From assembly GCA_038496445.1 (NCBI GenBank), contig JALMLS010000225.1:74510-138509 (forward strand): 64,000 bases of DNA. Direction: 5' to 3'. This document shows, one piece after another, positions 1 to 10,920 of the stretch. Source of the DNA: Trichosphaerium sp. ATCC 40318. Its lineage: Eukaryota; Protista; Tubulinea. The translations under genes were made by a program, and so were the position numbers. Positions within the stretch are counted from its first letter, which is position 1. The number at the start of each line of letters is the position of its first letter. Below the pieces are notes generated by a model, which saw only the letters and a list, made by a program, of their open reading frames with translations, had not been told where the DNA came from and made no database searches.

Positions 1-600
1 GGCTTCAACCACCGAGGCCTCAACTGGTGCACCAACAACTAAAGCGCCAACAACACAGGCGCGTAGTGGTGACAACTGAAGCTCCAACTCCTACCACCAA
101 TCCACCCACAACCGATTATTCAACAACTGATGCCCAACAACTGGTACCAACACTGCGAGCGCTAAAAAACTAAATAGATTTAACCACGTTTAGATTGTGA
201 TGAGCCAAATGGCGATGGTACTTTTACTGCCTCTTCAGGATATTAGCATAACCATAAATTAAAGGCAAGGTTATCCACTACACTTTCTTTATTGTAATGC
301 TTTATTTAGGATAATTTGTTAAATAATAAACTTTCTTGTTTAAGAACACTGTGCATCTGTTTCTTGTCATTGGCGCATATAGCCATGACATTCTTTACAA
401 ACTACTGCCAATGACAACAGATCCTTTAATAACACTAACACCTACAACAATAGCTCAAACGACAACATATCCTCCAACAACACTACCACCAGCTACTTTG
501 TCTTCTACAATGATAAATCCTTAAATAGCGCTACCTTCAAAAGCGCCAGTACCAACAACAACAAACTCACCTAGTGTACACAAACAAAAAACAGTCGGAC
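1..600 (+). other. Thr/Pro-rich low-complexity (mucin-like) coding remnant, partial or degenerate
   Basis: Reads ASTTEASTGAPTTKAP... and TPTTIAQTTTYPPTTLPP in broken frames; no continuous ORF. Confidence 0.3.
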
Positions 601-630
601 ACTAACTCAACTTTATTTAGGTTTTCTGAA

Positions 631-2653
631 TTACAAAAAACGCGCAAAATCTTTTGCCAAAAACTTTGCTCTTCCAGGTCGTGGCTTGTATGTTTTCGTC
701 ATTTCTCTCTTCCACAGGGACTTTAGTGCAATTTTGCGTCTAAGCGACTTCTTTTTGCGGTCATACATTCCTTGTAACTGACGCTTCTTGCATAGGCTCT
801 CCTCTTCATTTTCTGGATCCACTTTATGCGATTCAAATGCTAGACGCTCATCTGCGCTCTTTACTAACACTTCAGCTTTCAGGGATGGATGTTGTGTGAG
901 CAACTGCTTGTAGTATGCGTTCACAACCTTGCGAATTTCATTTTGTTGGTAAGAACTCCATTTGTTAAATTCTTCAATTTTTTTGTTGTTTGTTGTGTTG
1001 CGCACCAAAGTAGGGTTGTTGTTGTAAAACTGTTCAACAGCACGTTCTTTCTCCTTTCTTAGTCTTTGATATTTTTCACAGAAATCAAAACGGTCATGTT
1101 CTACAGACGGAGGAACAGTGCGATCATTGGGCGTTGGTGTTTCTGTAGGCGCAAAAATATCACCAATACAACTGAGCCATGTCTGCTGAACATCCTCGCC
1201 TGTTATGGCGCTAGTGTGATTGTAGACAATTTTAGTGACAAAATTGACATAACTACATAGGTGTGAGCACTTGTGGCAGTGAATACGTGGAGAAAAAGCA
1301 AAGGTAAACCAAAAACAAAAAAAAAAATGGTACTTACGCTAATACAACTGGAGAATCCTTTTTCCAACCACCAAGCTCTGCTAATTGTGTGTAGTCGATG
1401 TTGGAACCCCCTTTACTCAGTACAGTGATTACATACTGAGTTGCCATACCTCTGCAGCTAGAGTGGGCGGTGATTTGGCCTTTCTTGTATCCAGCAGCCT
1501 GACCACGCTTGGACATCATGTTTCCGAGTCCTTGTGCCGTGATTGGCTTGGTAGGAAAGTACAAGTTGTTTGTAGCCGCACACCACAATGGCAACTTCTT
1601 GTGTGTCTCTTTCACCTAGTAGAAGCAGTTCAGTACAGGATGAAAGAAACGTGTAACCCCACAAAAAAAGAAGTAAAAAAAGAAGGTACCTTGAATGTGT
1701 GCGTTTTTGGATCATACATCTCCAAAGCTTCTCTGTCATGTAGGTACAGCGCCAAAGCTGCCAGTGGGTTGATATCAGCAAACTCCTCGCTTTCAGTGCT
1801 ATCCACAAGCCAAGTTTTGTGACACTGCTCAAAGATCTTATCTTTTTCAATGTAGACTGCCAATTTCGCGTTACCAGCCACGTGAATTATTGAGAGATCT
1901 TCCAAGCGTATTTTGTGGTGTGAATCGGCACGTTTACCCAAAAACATGTTTAGGATAAGGTATGCACGATCACGGATATTAATCGGAGTTGTTGGGGGTA
2001 TATGTGCCAATATTTTGCGCAAAACAGGTATAACAATTGGCACCTTTTCTAAGAAATCTTTTTGTGTTTCTGGGTTCTTTTTTTCGCATTGCGCTAGTAC
2101 TACGTTTGCTACACAAAAATTAGACTCAATGTATCAAAGTACAAAAGAAAAATCCAAAACCACGTGATTATGGCGTACTTTCTGCATGAAATGCTTCATC
2201 AAGAGGTGGCTGTCCTTGAAGGCGTGACTCTCGCAGTAAAGATCTCAAGTAAGTTTTTCTACTGTTGTTGCGATAACCCATCTTTGTTAGCGCAACAATC
2301 CATTCCTTCACAAAATCCACCTGAAGAGGGAATATGGAAGTCTCTTCTGGGTGATAAAACCTACAAAAAGTGAGTCAATTCTAAGAACAGTACTTGGTTA
2401 CTCTAGCTAACATATGCTCTAATAATGCGTACTTTAGGAACAACGTGTAATTGGCAGATGCCCGTGCTGCTAAAACAATGCTGCCATTCTCAAAAGGTTT
2501 GCGCTCTAGATCCTGTACTGTGCTGACAATCTCCTCTATAGGAACAGTTTTGGCCATTTCTTGAAAAGCGGCTTCCAAACCTTTGCCACTAAAACGCCGC
2601 TTATATCCTTTCCTTGGTTTAAGACCATCCAGGTCAGTCTTTCTTTTACTCAT
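631..2653 (-). CDS. Tyrosine recombinase, Crypton-like, 5 exons
   Basis: GT-AG introns at 2361-2393, 2109-2178, 1616-1689 and 1253-1337 join one open frame. Motifs RDRAYLILNMFLGKRAD (first catalytic R), ITAHSSCRG (HxxR region), LGGW and VVLA|YV (catalytic Y just after intron 4). Confidence 0.88.
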
Positions 2654-2750
2654 CTGGTTGAAAGCTAACCAAGCGCTATATAACTTCTGTTGACTGTGTT
2701 GACTGCCGTTGAGTCAAGGGCAGTAAGAAAGTGTTGTCCTTTTGGTGTTT

Positions 2751-2907
2751 TCTGTTCTATTCAGTTTAATCTCTGAATGGGGGACGAATGTCCCCCACAA
2801 GATTAAGCGAATTTTTTCCGGGGGCAGGGGATTGTCGGACTGGCTTGCCTTTCCACCCCTGCAATGATCTGTCAGGCCTTACACTACCCGCCAGATGAGG
2901 TCAACCC
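2751..2907 (+). pseudogene. 5'-truncated U2 snRNA copy starting at TCTGTTCT
   Basis: Reverse complement of the intact U2 body at 4383-4539; lacks stem-loop I and the GTAGTA branch-point recognition sequence. Confidence 0.88.
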
Positions 2908-3015
2908 CTTCTCTAAACATCAAAGAAAAACAATAACCACCTTCAGACTGGGAAAGCACTCTCTATCTTAGGGTATAAATTTACCAAAAAATTTTTACAA
3001 GTCAAAAATTTCCGT

Positions 3016-3041
3016 GATACTACACCTGATCTTAGCCAAAA
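3016..3041 (-). repeat. 26-bp U2 5'-region fragment, left copy
   Basis: Minus strand TTTTGGCTAAGATCAGGTGTAGTATC, 25/26 match to U2 at 4538-4563. Confidence 0.88.
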
Positions 3042-3593
3042 CAAAAATCACACTTTTTCTTGTTTTCCGTTTCCAATCGCGTCATTTCAAAGCCACAGCT
3101 TAATGCTGAGAATAGAACCGTCGTACTTAAAACATCAGTTTTATTCGTTTGCTGTCTATGACCTTAAGTGATATCAAAATTTGCAATGTCAGTTTCAGTA
3201 GGCAAATGGCAAGATGATCGCAGTATTTACCCACTTACACGGTACGATCAAACATTATTCTTCCATGAGCTAAAAGCAAATTAAAATGAATCGATGGCCT
3301 GCAAAGCTATCTCATTACTACTGAATGGTGGTATGAATGCCTCAAACACTGTTTGCGTATGTTTGCTTCAAAAAAATTAACTCACGTGTATAACGTACTA
3401 GCGCTACACTTGCGCCTACCCCACGCTAACAGAAGCGCTCTCGCAGCATTCAAACAGAAAAGCAGTGATAATAACATGAAAACCTCCCCAAAACACTATC
3501 AACGCTGCTGTAGGCTTTGCAAACGCAGCCAGGTGTCAATTTATATGTAAATAAAAATGTTTAGTCTCGTTTTGTTAAATCACGTGTTTGAAA

Positions 3594-3721
3594 CGGTTGG
3601 GTTCCCCAGGCAGTCATGAGGGTAGACTGCCCTTAAAAATATGAGATTTGTAAGACCTGTCAGAAGTGTCAAATCCGTCAATCTGTCATTGGTCAGATTG
3701 GGCAGAAACTGGTTTTTTTTT
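3594..3721 (+). ncRNA. Candidate structured small RNA with three hairpins and a T9 tract
   Basis: Stems 3609-3615/3625-3631, 3645-3650/3670-3675 and 3679-3685/3694-3700; T run 3713-3721. Family not recognised. Confidence 0.3.
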
Positions 3722-4215
3722 GTTAAAAGTCAGCCTGGCTTAAAACTTCAAACGACAATAAGTTAAACTGCAAAACTGTAAATGTATAACCTTTGTGTAA
3801 CATGCGTAAGCATGTAGAACTTTAACAAAGCATGTGGTGCCATGGTAAAACGCGATTACGGATTTTGTTGCTGAGTGTCTTAGCCGTCGGTTTATGGCTA
3901 CAGATTTTTGTGGATTTAAATATAGCTTCCATATCAGCGTTTTCATGGAACAGTTGCTCTCACGCATTCCATTCTTTAGACCAATAAATGAGCATCATCT
4001 TCTGAAACCTTTCGTAGTTATAATCGTGTACAATAAAACATTCAATTTCGTTGATTGATCTTTACCAACTTGCGTGAGGGTTTTGGGTCTTAGAAGGCCA
4101 GAGTGTTACAAGTACTGGCATAGGAGATGATGTGTACATATCCTAACAGTTAAAAGGGTTCATGGCAATAAATTAGGTGTTTGAAGCGTAGTGATTGTGT
4201 TGTGTGAATACGAAG

Positions 4216-4539
4216 GGAAACGGAAAACAAGAAAAAGTGTGATTTTTGTTTTGGCTAAGATCAGGTGTAGTATCACGGAAATTTTTGACTTGTAAAAATT
4301 TTTTGGTAAATTTATACCCTAAGACAGAGAGTGCTTTCCCAGTCTGAATGTGGTTATTGTTTTTCTTTGATGTTTAGAGAAGGGGTTGACCTCATCTGGC
4401 GGGTAGTGTAAGGCCTGACAGATCATTGCAGGGGTGGAAAGGCAAGCCAGTCCGACAATCCCCTGCCCCCGGAAAAAATTCGCTTAATCTTGTGGGGGAC
4501 ATTCGTCCCCCATTCAGAGATTAAACTGAATAGAACAGA
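4216..4539 (-). repeat. Right arm of 324-bp inverted repeat
   Basis: Reverse complement of 2751-3074. Confidence 0.93.
4249..4274 (+). repeat. 26-bp U2 5'-region fragment, inverted relative to the U2 gene
   Basis: TTTTGGCTAAGATCAGGTGTAGTATC; inverted repeat with 4538-4563; followed by AAATTTTTGA at 4279-4288. Confidence 0.88.
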
Positions 4540-4576
4540 TACTACACTTGATCTTAGCCAAAAGGCCGAGAAGGTT
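4383..4576 (-). ncRNA. U2: U2 spliceosomal snRNA, intact
   Basis: Minus strand ACCTTCTCGGCCTTTTGGCTAAGATCAAGTGTAGTATCTGTTCT (conserved U2 5' end), stems IIa and IIb, U-rich Sm-like site AATTTTTTC, two 3' hairpins, about 194 nt. Confidence 0.96.
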
Positions 4577-5250
4577 ACTTATTGGGTGCCGTTGAACATG
4601 ATTTATCAGCCTAGTAATTAAATTTATTGTGGTTTTTTTTCTTTGCTTACAACGTCGCTATAAAAATGTACCACAGCGATTGTACGCGCTATTATGGGTT
4701 CAAACTGCGTTTATGTTGAGAACAATTGGATAATGACTATCTTTCTTAAAACGCACATTGAATCGCTTGTACGCCTCAAAGTCACGATAAAAGACATAGA
4801 AACAAGTTCGACGAAGTATCTGCTGTACGGCGCTAAAAATTTTCTGGTAGCGATCTTGTATCTCCTAAACGCGCTTTTTCAGTGTTACCAAGGTACTACG
4901 CACTCGAAAAAAAAAAGCATTGAGAATGCTCCAAATTTCAAAGTCAAAAATAGCGAAAATCAGAAGAACCTTTATTTTTATCCAGTAAACAATTCAGCCC
5001 TGCAATAGCCCAAGTGTTATCCAGTGGAGTATGTCGTTGCGGCGATAACGTGTACCAAACGTAAAAAACATTCGTCCGCTGAAGTACAGCTCCAATAAAC
5101 AGTACCTGCACCGCCTTCGTAGCTAATAACCTCGCCTGTATGTTACTCGCGCTCACAGTGATACACTCACGAAAATAAGGTTCGCAATAGCCCTGTTTGC
5201 TTGTTGTGTTGTGGGTGGACTTCAACAACTAATAATCAAGCGAGATGGGT

Positions 5251-5780
5251 TTATTTATTCAACGTTTTCTTTAGTTCTTCTAGCGTACACGCGTTTTGTA
5301 TTAGTGCAGTCTGAAGCAAATCGGCAGTAGTTGATCTTGTATCAAAACATTTTGCAACAAAGTCAATCACCTCCTCAGAACAAGAGTACAACTGCGAAAG
5401 CGCTTTGGTTCGATCAAATACACGCCCAACAGCCATCTCTACAGCTACGAATCCAATTATCACATTTGTAGTTGAAGTTAATACCAATGAAATGCTCTGT
5501 GGTTTGTGCGTCAATTGAACGCGCCCATCTTTATGCACAATAACGTCATCTGATTGAACGTTTTTGTGCAATCTGTATTTGTGTAGATACAAGTTGAGAT
5601 AGTATTGACTTTAGGATAGCAGCCACGGTGGGAAGATTCATATCAGTGCGTGCAAGTAGTTTGAGGGTTGTAGAGCGAAATAGTTTGGTTGACCGCTTTT
5701 TGAAATATAGTCGTATACGCTTTACTTCTTTGAGGGAGAACGTGCTTGAGGATTGAGCGATCATGTGATGTTGTGCGAGT
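5251..5780 (-). pseudogene. Degenerate STE20/PAK-like kinase domain
   Basis: VAAILKSIL / LYLHKYRLHKNVQSDDVIVHKDGRVQLT / DFVAKCF..RSTTADLL echo kinase subdomains VI-XI; HRD and DFG absent; frameshift near 5592. Confidence 0.5.
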
Positions 5781-5996
5781 TGTGTACTTAAAAAAAAAGG
5801 CATGAACGTTGAGTGATCATGATTGAGTTGCAAAAGGTTTCAAACCTATTTGATTGATCACTCGTACTTAGTAATAACGCTTTTGGTGTATTAACTTGAC
5901 AGTTGAGTGCAGTTCAATCATTGTGATTTCGACAAATCCTGCCTACATTTCTCGTGTCAGTCACGTAATTTATTTATCATCATTGAAATTGTCGCC

Positions 5997-8076
5997 ATGT
6001 CTTTCATTGGGGTATTAGCTGTTTTAAGACATTATTTAACGTATTGTAGACTATTGGAGAGGGTTTATCTCGTTCTACAGACGATAGCCCAATAGATATT
6101 GAGGAAAACCTTACAGGTTGGCGAAATAAAGCAAATAACGCAGTGCTGACTATTTAGAATGGCTATTGGCAAGGAGAAAGATACCCAAAACGTGGAGTAA
6201 GCAATTACGTGAGCTACAAAGTAAACAAGTACGCTTTACAACCCAATTAGTTGTTTTGTCGATTTAATCCATCAATAAAAAGCAAAGCGTGGTTACATTT
6301 GAACCATACGCTACAATACGTTGTTGCGATGGCTATCGGATGTTTTTGCTAATTTATGCCAGGACGCACTTATACGCGACCAGATGCCTTCCAATACTTA
6401 CCTGCAAGATTTAGTAAAGCAACAACGTAAGCTAAGGGCGAGATAAGGGGTTAAAAAATGACACATTGTAGACAACATTTTGACATATTTTGATATTTTG
6501 GATATTATTTCGAACATTATTGACAGTGGTGAAGACTCGTCGAAAAACTTACTTGGCTATTACAACTCCAAAATTCTTTGTGTACGTTTACAGTACATTC
6601 AGTCACGGTTGACTCCTAGCAAGCAAACCATGTTATTTAAACTCCTTGAACATTTCAAATATGTATTCACTTCTAGTAGAAATGGCAAGGTATCCAAACG
6701 GCATATGAAAGAAACAACTTGCATTTGGCTCACTTGGCCAAGTTGCTACATGATACGATAGATAATAAGTTGTACGGTTTTTTTAATAATCACTTGATCT
6801 TACTCTTCTAGACCTTCGTTGCTAGAAGAAAAGAATAAATTAAAAAGACAATTAGCTTATATACATAAGAGAAAAACATCAGCACTGGATACAAAACGTC
6901 GCATTGAGGATATTCTAAAGTCAAGATTTACAGAATACGGGATTGTTGTATGTAACACATTTTATTTGTGCTAAAGCTTGTTAGGGTGCGAATGTTCGGC
7001 AAGAGTTATTGGGTAAAGTATTAAAAGAGCTTCCCGACTTATGTGATGAGATTATGCAGCAATTACAACAAAGCCACATTGGCGAAGCCGTAGATCATTA
7101 CTCACGATTTGTTGATCACATGGCGTTGAAACATGTAACTGCCCTTGGCACAAAATCTAACGGTGTAAATGTTAGCGGTATGTTATACGCATAAACAGAG
7201 GCTCACTAGGAGTAGAGATCATGAGTACTTTATGCAAAGTAAGAAAAGAAGGAAATTTTATAACTAGCAAAACTAATTTCTCGGATTCAAACTTCGGTAT
7301 AGAGATAGTTGGTGGGGGAGAAGTTAACACAAAACCATCTAGCGATGGCATTGATTGGGGTGAGTAGTCATATGTTTTTGCAGTTAACGTGTACAAGGCG
7401 ATTTTGACATTACTGGTGACACCATTGTTGTATCATCGAGTAGAGTGATTCACACCTACACTTCCGAGGAAATTAAACAGTTAAAAAATAGCGCTTTATG
7501 TAACAGAAAAACGAGAGGAGAAATATTAGCTAATTTAAACGAACTGCTTGGATTTTTGAAACAACGTGCTGCAGATAAATCAGTCGAAGAGAATCTGTCC
7601 ATTCAACAGCTTCAAAATGCGCCCTGGGAGGTTCACAAGCACGATGCAATGAGTAACATACAACGATTAATTAAAGAATTAAACCACACTGTGAACAAGA
7701 TAAACAGCACTGAGGCACAACTTTTATTCAATTTAGCAACTTCGGAAAGGTACGCATCTAGATCGCCATACACTTATTCTGTAGTATCTTAGATAGAATA
7801 TGTAGTGATGTAGAAATACATCGCACTCGCATACGCCGTTTAGAAAAACTACATGATGAGGAGAGTTTAGTAGCCAGTAAGGTTTCCAAAATGATAGAAA
7901 TCACACTACAGGAACTACAAGACCACTGGCGAGCGCGTGTGAGCGTTTTAAAGACAAAAACAGGTGTGAATTCGAACAAACTGTAAACTGATACAGTTGT
8001 AGAACGTATGTTGGCTGTACAACATAGTAGAAACGTGACAGTGCACAATATAGCAGAAAAACTGCTAACCAAGTGA
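5997..8076 (+). CDS. CDK5RAP3: CDK5 regulatory subunit-associated protein 3 (C53) homolog, multi-exon
   Basis: Spliced PIDI..EWLLARRKIPKTW..LTYFDILDII..SSKNLLGYYNSK..KWQGIQTAYERNNLHLA and GIDWG match the C53 family pattern. Confidence 0.85.
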
Positions 8077-8677
8077 GTTTGGTTCAAATTCTGTACTTAC
8101 TTTTTGTGGTTAACTTAAATACATAACGGATAAAATTAAACCGGAAATGTCTGAAGACGAAAGTTCGTTTGTGCAATTGGCACAGCTTCAATACTACCAA
8201 ATTTTACACTGGGCGTTTGGCCCAAATCAGTCCCTCCTTCATGTAGCCCTTTTCTTGTTAATCCTTTTTCTGGCTGTGAGGAATGCCATGCATGGTGCTG
8301 CTACCCTAAAAGGTAAATGTGTAACACCTAATCCTCGAAGTGCTAGTGTACGCTTTTTAAACTTGTACTAGTACCTCACAACATTTAGGACGACATAAGC
8401 TTTCTTTTTAGCGCGTCCAAAGATTTCATAGACTGGACTTTATTAAGGCTCGGCTATGCCCAATCGCGTTGTAAAGCTCCACAAAGGCCAAAAACTGACT
8501 TTAGCGGCTTGGTATGCAAAAACTGCGAAAACAGCAAAAACATACTTACACAATGTTAGTTCAACTGTGGTTCCGCCACTCAGGACTTGTCACACCTACA
8601 AAGTGAAAATAATCAATTAACGGTAAGTTACTGTTACAAAAATCAAAACTAAATGTCAAACAGAGCGATTTGTACAC

Positions 8678-9026
8678 ATGCCAAGCGGACAAGAAAGATT
8701 TAAAACAAAAAGCAAATCAAATTCAAGCTCCTGGCGAACACGAGGCTAAAAATGCAAATAAGATGATTCCTCTATGGTTTCATCATTTTCATGTGAGTGT
8801 GACGATTACGTTTTAAGCTTACAATCGTAGACCTTCGAAGCCAAAATTCGCCTGATGAGGGAAAAAATTGCAGCAGAAGTCAGGCTTCAAGCGTACGACC
8901 TGTGAACTACTAATTACTAACATTTTAACTAGTGAAGTACTCTTCGCGTTTAGAAAAGGGCTATTCTATGGCATTGCTGGAACCGCAGGCAGCTTATGGT
9001 TTGCATCCTTTTCAAAGGCACCATAA
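8678..9026 (+). CDS. Small hypothetical protein with C-terminal hydrophobic segment, 3 exons
   Basis: Two GT-AG introns give an open ~89-aa frame ending GLFYGIAGTAGSLWFASFSKAP. Confidence 0.4.
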
Positions 9027-9141
9027 GTGAACTATACGTTAAAAAATGTAAATCAGAATAAAATGAGTGATTCCTGGCCGTTCGTTAAAGTTTTAAAACG
9101 ACTGGAATCGACCAGTATTATTGTTGAAAAGCCACAACACG

Positions 9142-10779
9142 ATGACCATGCGAGCTACAACCATATTGATCCTTACAGTTCTTATCGAACTTATAACGTG
9201 TAAAACATGCGTTATAACGCGTTATGGCGCCAAAGGAGATAGTACGTTAATGATTGTTAACATTACTTGATTACCAGCTTCCAGACTCGACAAATAATGC
9301 CGAGGCGATACAAGCGGGTTAGGGAACTAATTCAGTATTGTACTTACATAAAACGTCAGCGATACGTAATTGTACTTCATCAAGCACCCGGTACAGCTCG
9401 TCCTTACTTTTACTAACTAAAGTTTTTCACATGCTAACATTCAAAAGAAATGTTGTGCTTGTGCCAGAAGAAGGCACATTCCAAACTGGGCCGCTAAGGC
9501 TGCAGACCGGCGTAGAATTGCGTGTTCTTGGTTCGCTAGCGGCTGTACCAAATAGAGCGTAAGTTATAACTGCGGTTGTGAAGTAAACACTAAACCTTTT
9601 TTCTAGGTTGTTTAATGGTAGTAAGAGCGTTATTTATGGAGGTGGAATAAAAAATATCGCTATAATAGGAAGTGGTGTTATTGACGGAAATGGTGTGTAG
9701 AACCTCGGTTGGTTTTAAATCGTTAAATCACCTAGGTGCTCTATGGTGGCCATACGCATACAAAGAGCCACGTCCTCATTTACTATTCTTTGAAGATTGT
9801 AATGTTTTAGAAATGCGCGATGTCACATTACGAAACTCTCCAATGTTTCATTTCTTGACTGCAGGTGGATCTAATGTAACTGTAACAAACGTTAAAATAC
9901 GAGCTCCATTTGATTCTCCTAACACAGATGGCATAGACATCGGTGAGATAAAGGATACTAATGACTCTTGGCTAACACTACACTTAGGATCTTCGTATAC
10001 CTACGTTTCTGATTGTGATGTGCGAAATGGAGATGATTCTATTTGTATGAAAGAAGGAGCCAATCATGTGCTTGTAGAAAATTGTTATTTGGAAGGTTTG
10101 CCTCCAGGGTATTAAACCACTATTTGAATCCTGACTATATGAAGGACTTGGACCTAACATAGGTACTGGGAGCCTTACAAGCGAGAACATAACATTCAGG
10201 AATATTGTCACTAAAACAGGTGAAATGACGTTTGGGTTTTTTTATTGTAACACAAGTTCTTACTTTGGTTTCAGCTTGGGGTATACGTATAAAATTCAAG
10301 CCTGGACAAAGTGGATATCTTCGTGATGTATTGTACAAGAATATCACAATCATTAGTTCATCAAAGGGTCTTGATATCAATCTTTATGGTCAGTCATTTG
10401 ACAAGAATAATGTTCCTTTTGATGACTACGCTCACATGGAAATAAGCAATCTTCGCTTTGAAGATGTTACAGGTACTGTTTCTTTAATTATTTTGCTCAC
10501 TTAAGAATGTAGGTAATGCCTCCAGTGAGGCAGGAACATTTTCATGCTCAGCGGATTATCCTTGCAAAAGCACGTGCAATTTTTTTAACATCAAAAGTTC
10601 ATTTCGCATTTTCCAAACAGCACTTCTTATTGTTGTTTTAACTTCGTACCAACGCGACATATGATATAGATATCACTATGAAGAATGTTCACATCAATAG
10701 TAAAGTACCGTTCACTTGTAAGGACATTTATGGAACAGCTGATGATGTATCTCCAAAATCTTGTTTCAAACCCAACTGA
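9142..10779 (+). CDS. Glycoside hydrolase family 28 (polygalacturonase-like), secreted, multi-exon
   Basis: Signal peptide; YGAKGD, G.IDGNG..WW, SPNTDGID, GDDSI and GIRIK motifs. Confidence 0.88.
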
Positions 10780-10920
10780 AATCGTCACAATAAATGATGG
10801 TCTGCCAGTAACGATTATCATTCTTGCATCCAAGGTTGTAGAAAATTTTATTTGTTTACAGTTTTTGCTGAAATCAAAGCAAAATACGAAGTTCTTCTTT
10901 GAGAAATTTTTACCGTTTTT

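Larger units (their letters stand above)
2751..3074 (+). repeat. Left arm of 324-bp inverted repeat
   Basis: Reverse complement of 4216-4539 with two mismatches seen. Confidence 0.93.

Noticed and set aside
631-2653. Recombinase as part of a DIRS retroelement
   Set aside because: No adjacent RT/RNase H and the gene has four introns, which fits a DNA-level Crypton-like gene.
2654-2750. 3' end of a Keno/Utopia non-LTR element at the U2 junction
   Set aside because: No poly-A or simple-repeat tail and no RT or endonuclease ORF on the plus strand upstream.
4075-4150. Two small hairpins (GCCAG/CTGGC, TAGGA/TCCTA) in the spacer
   Set aside because: Five-bp stems are expected by chance; no promoter or terminator.
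8147-8430. Small spliced membrane-protein ORF
   Set aside because: About 69 aa with no recognisable family; insufficient support.
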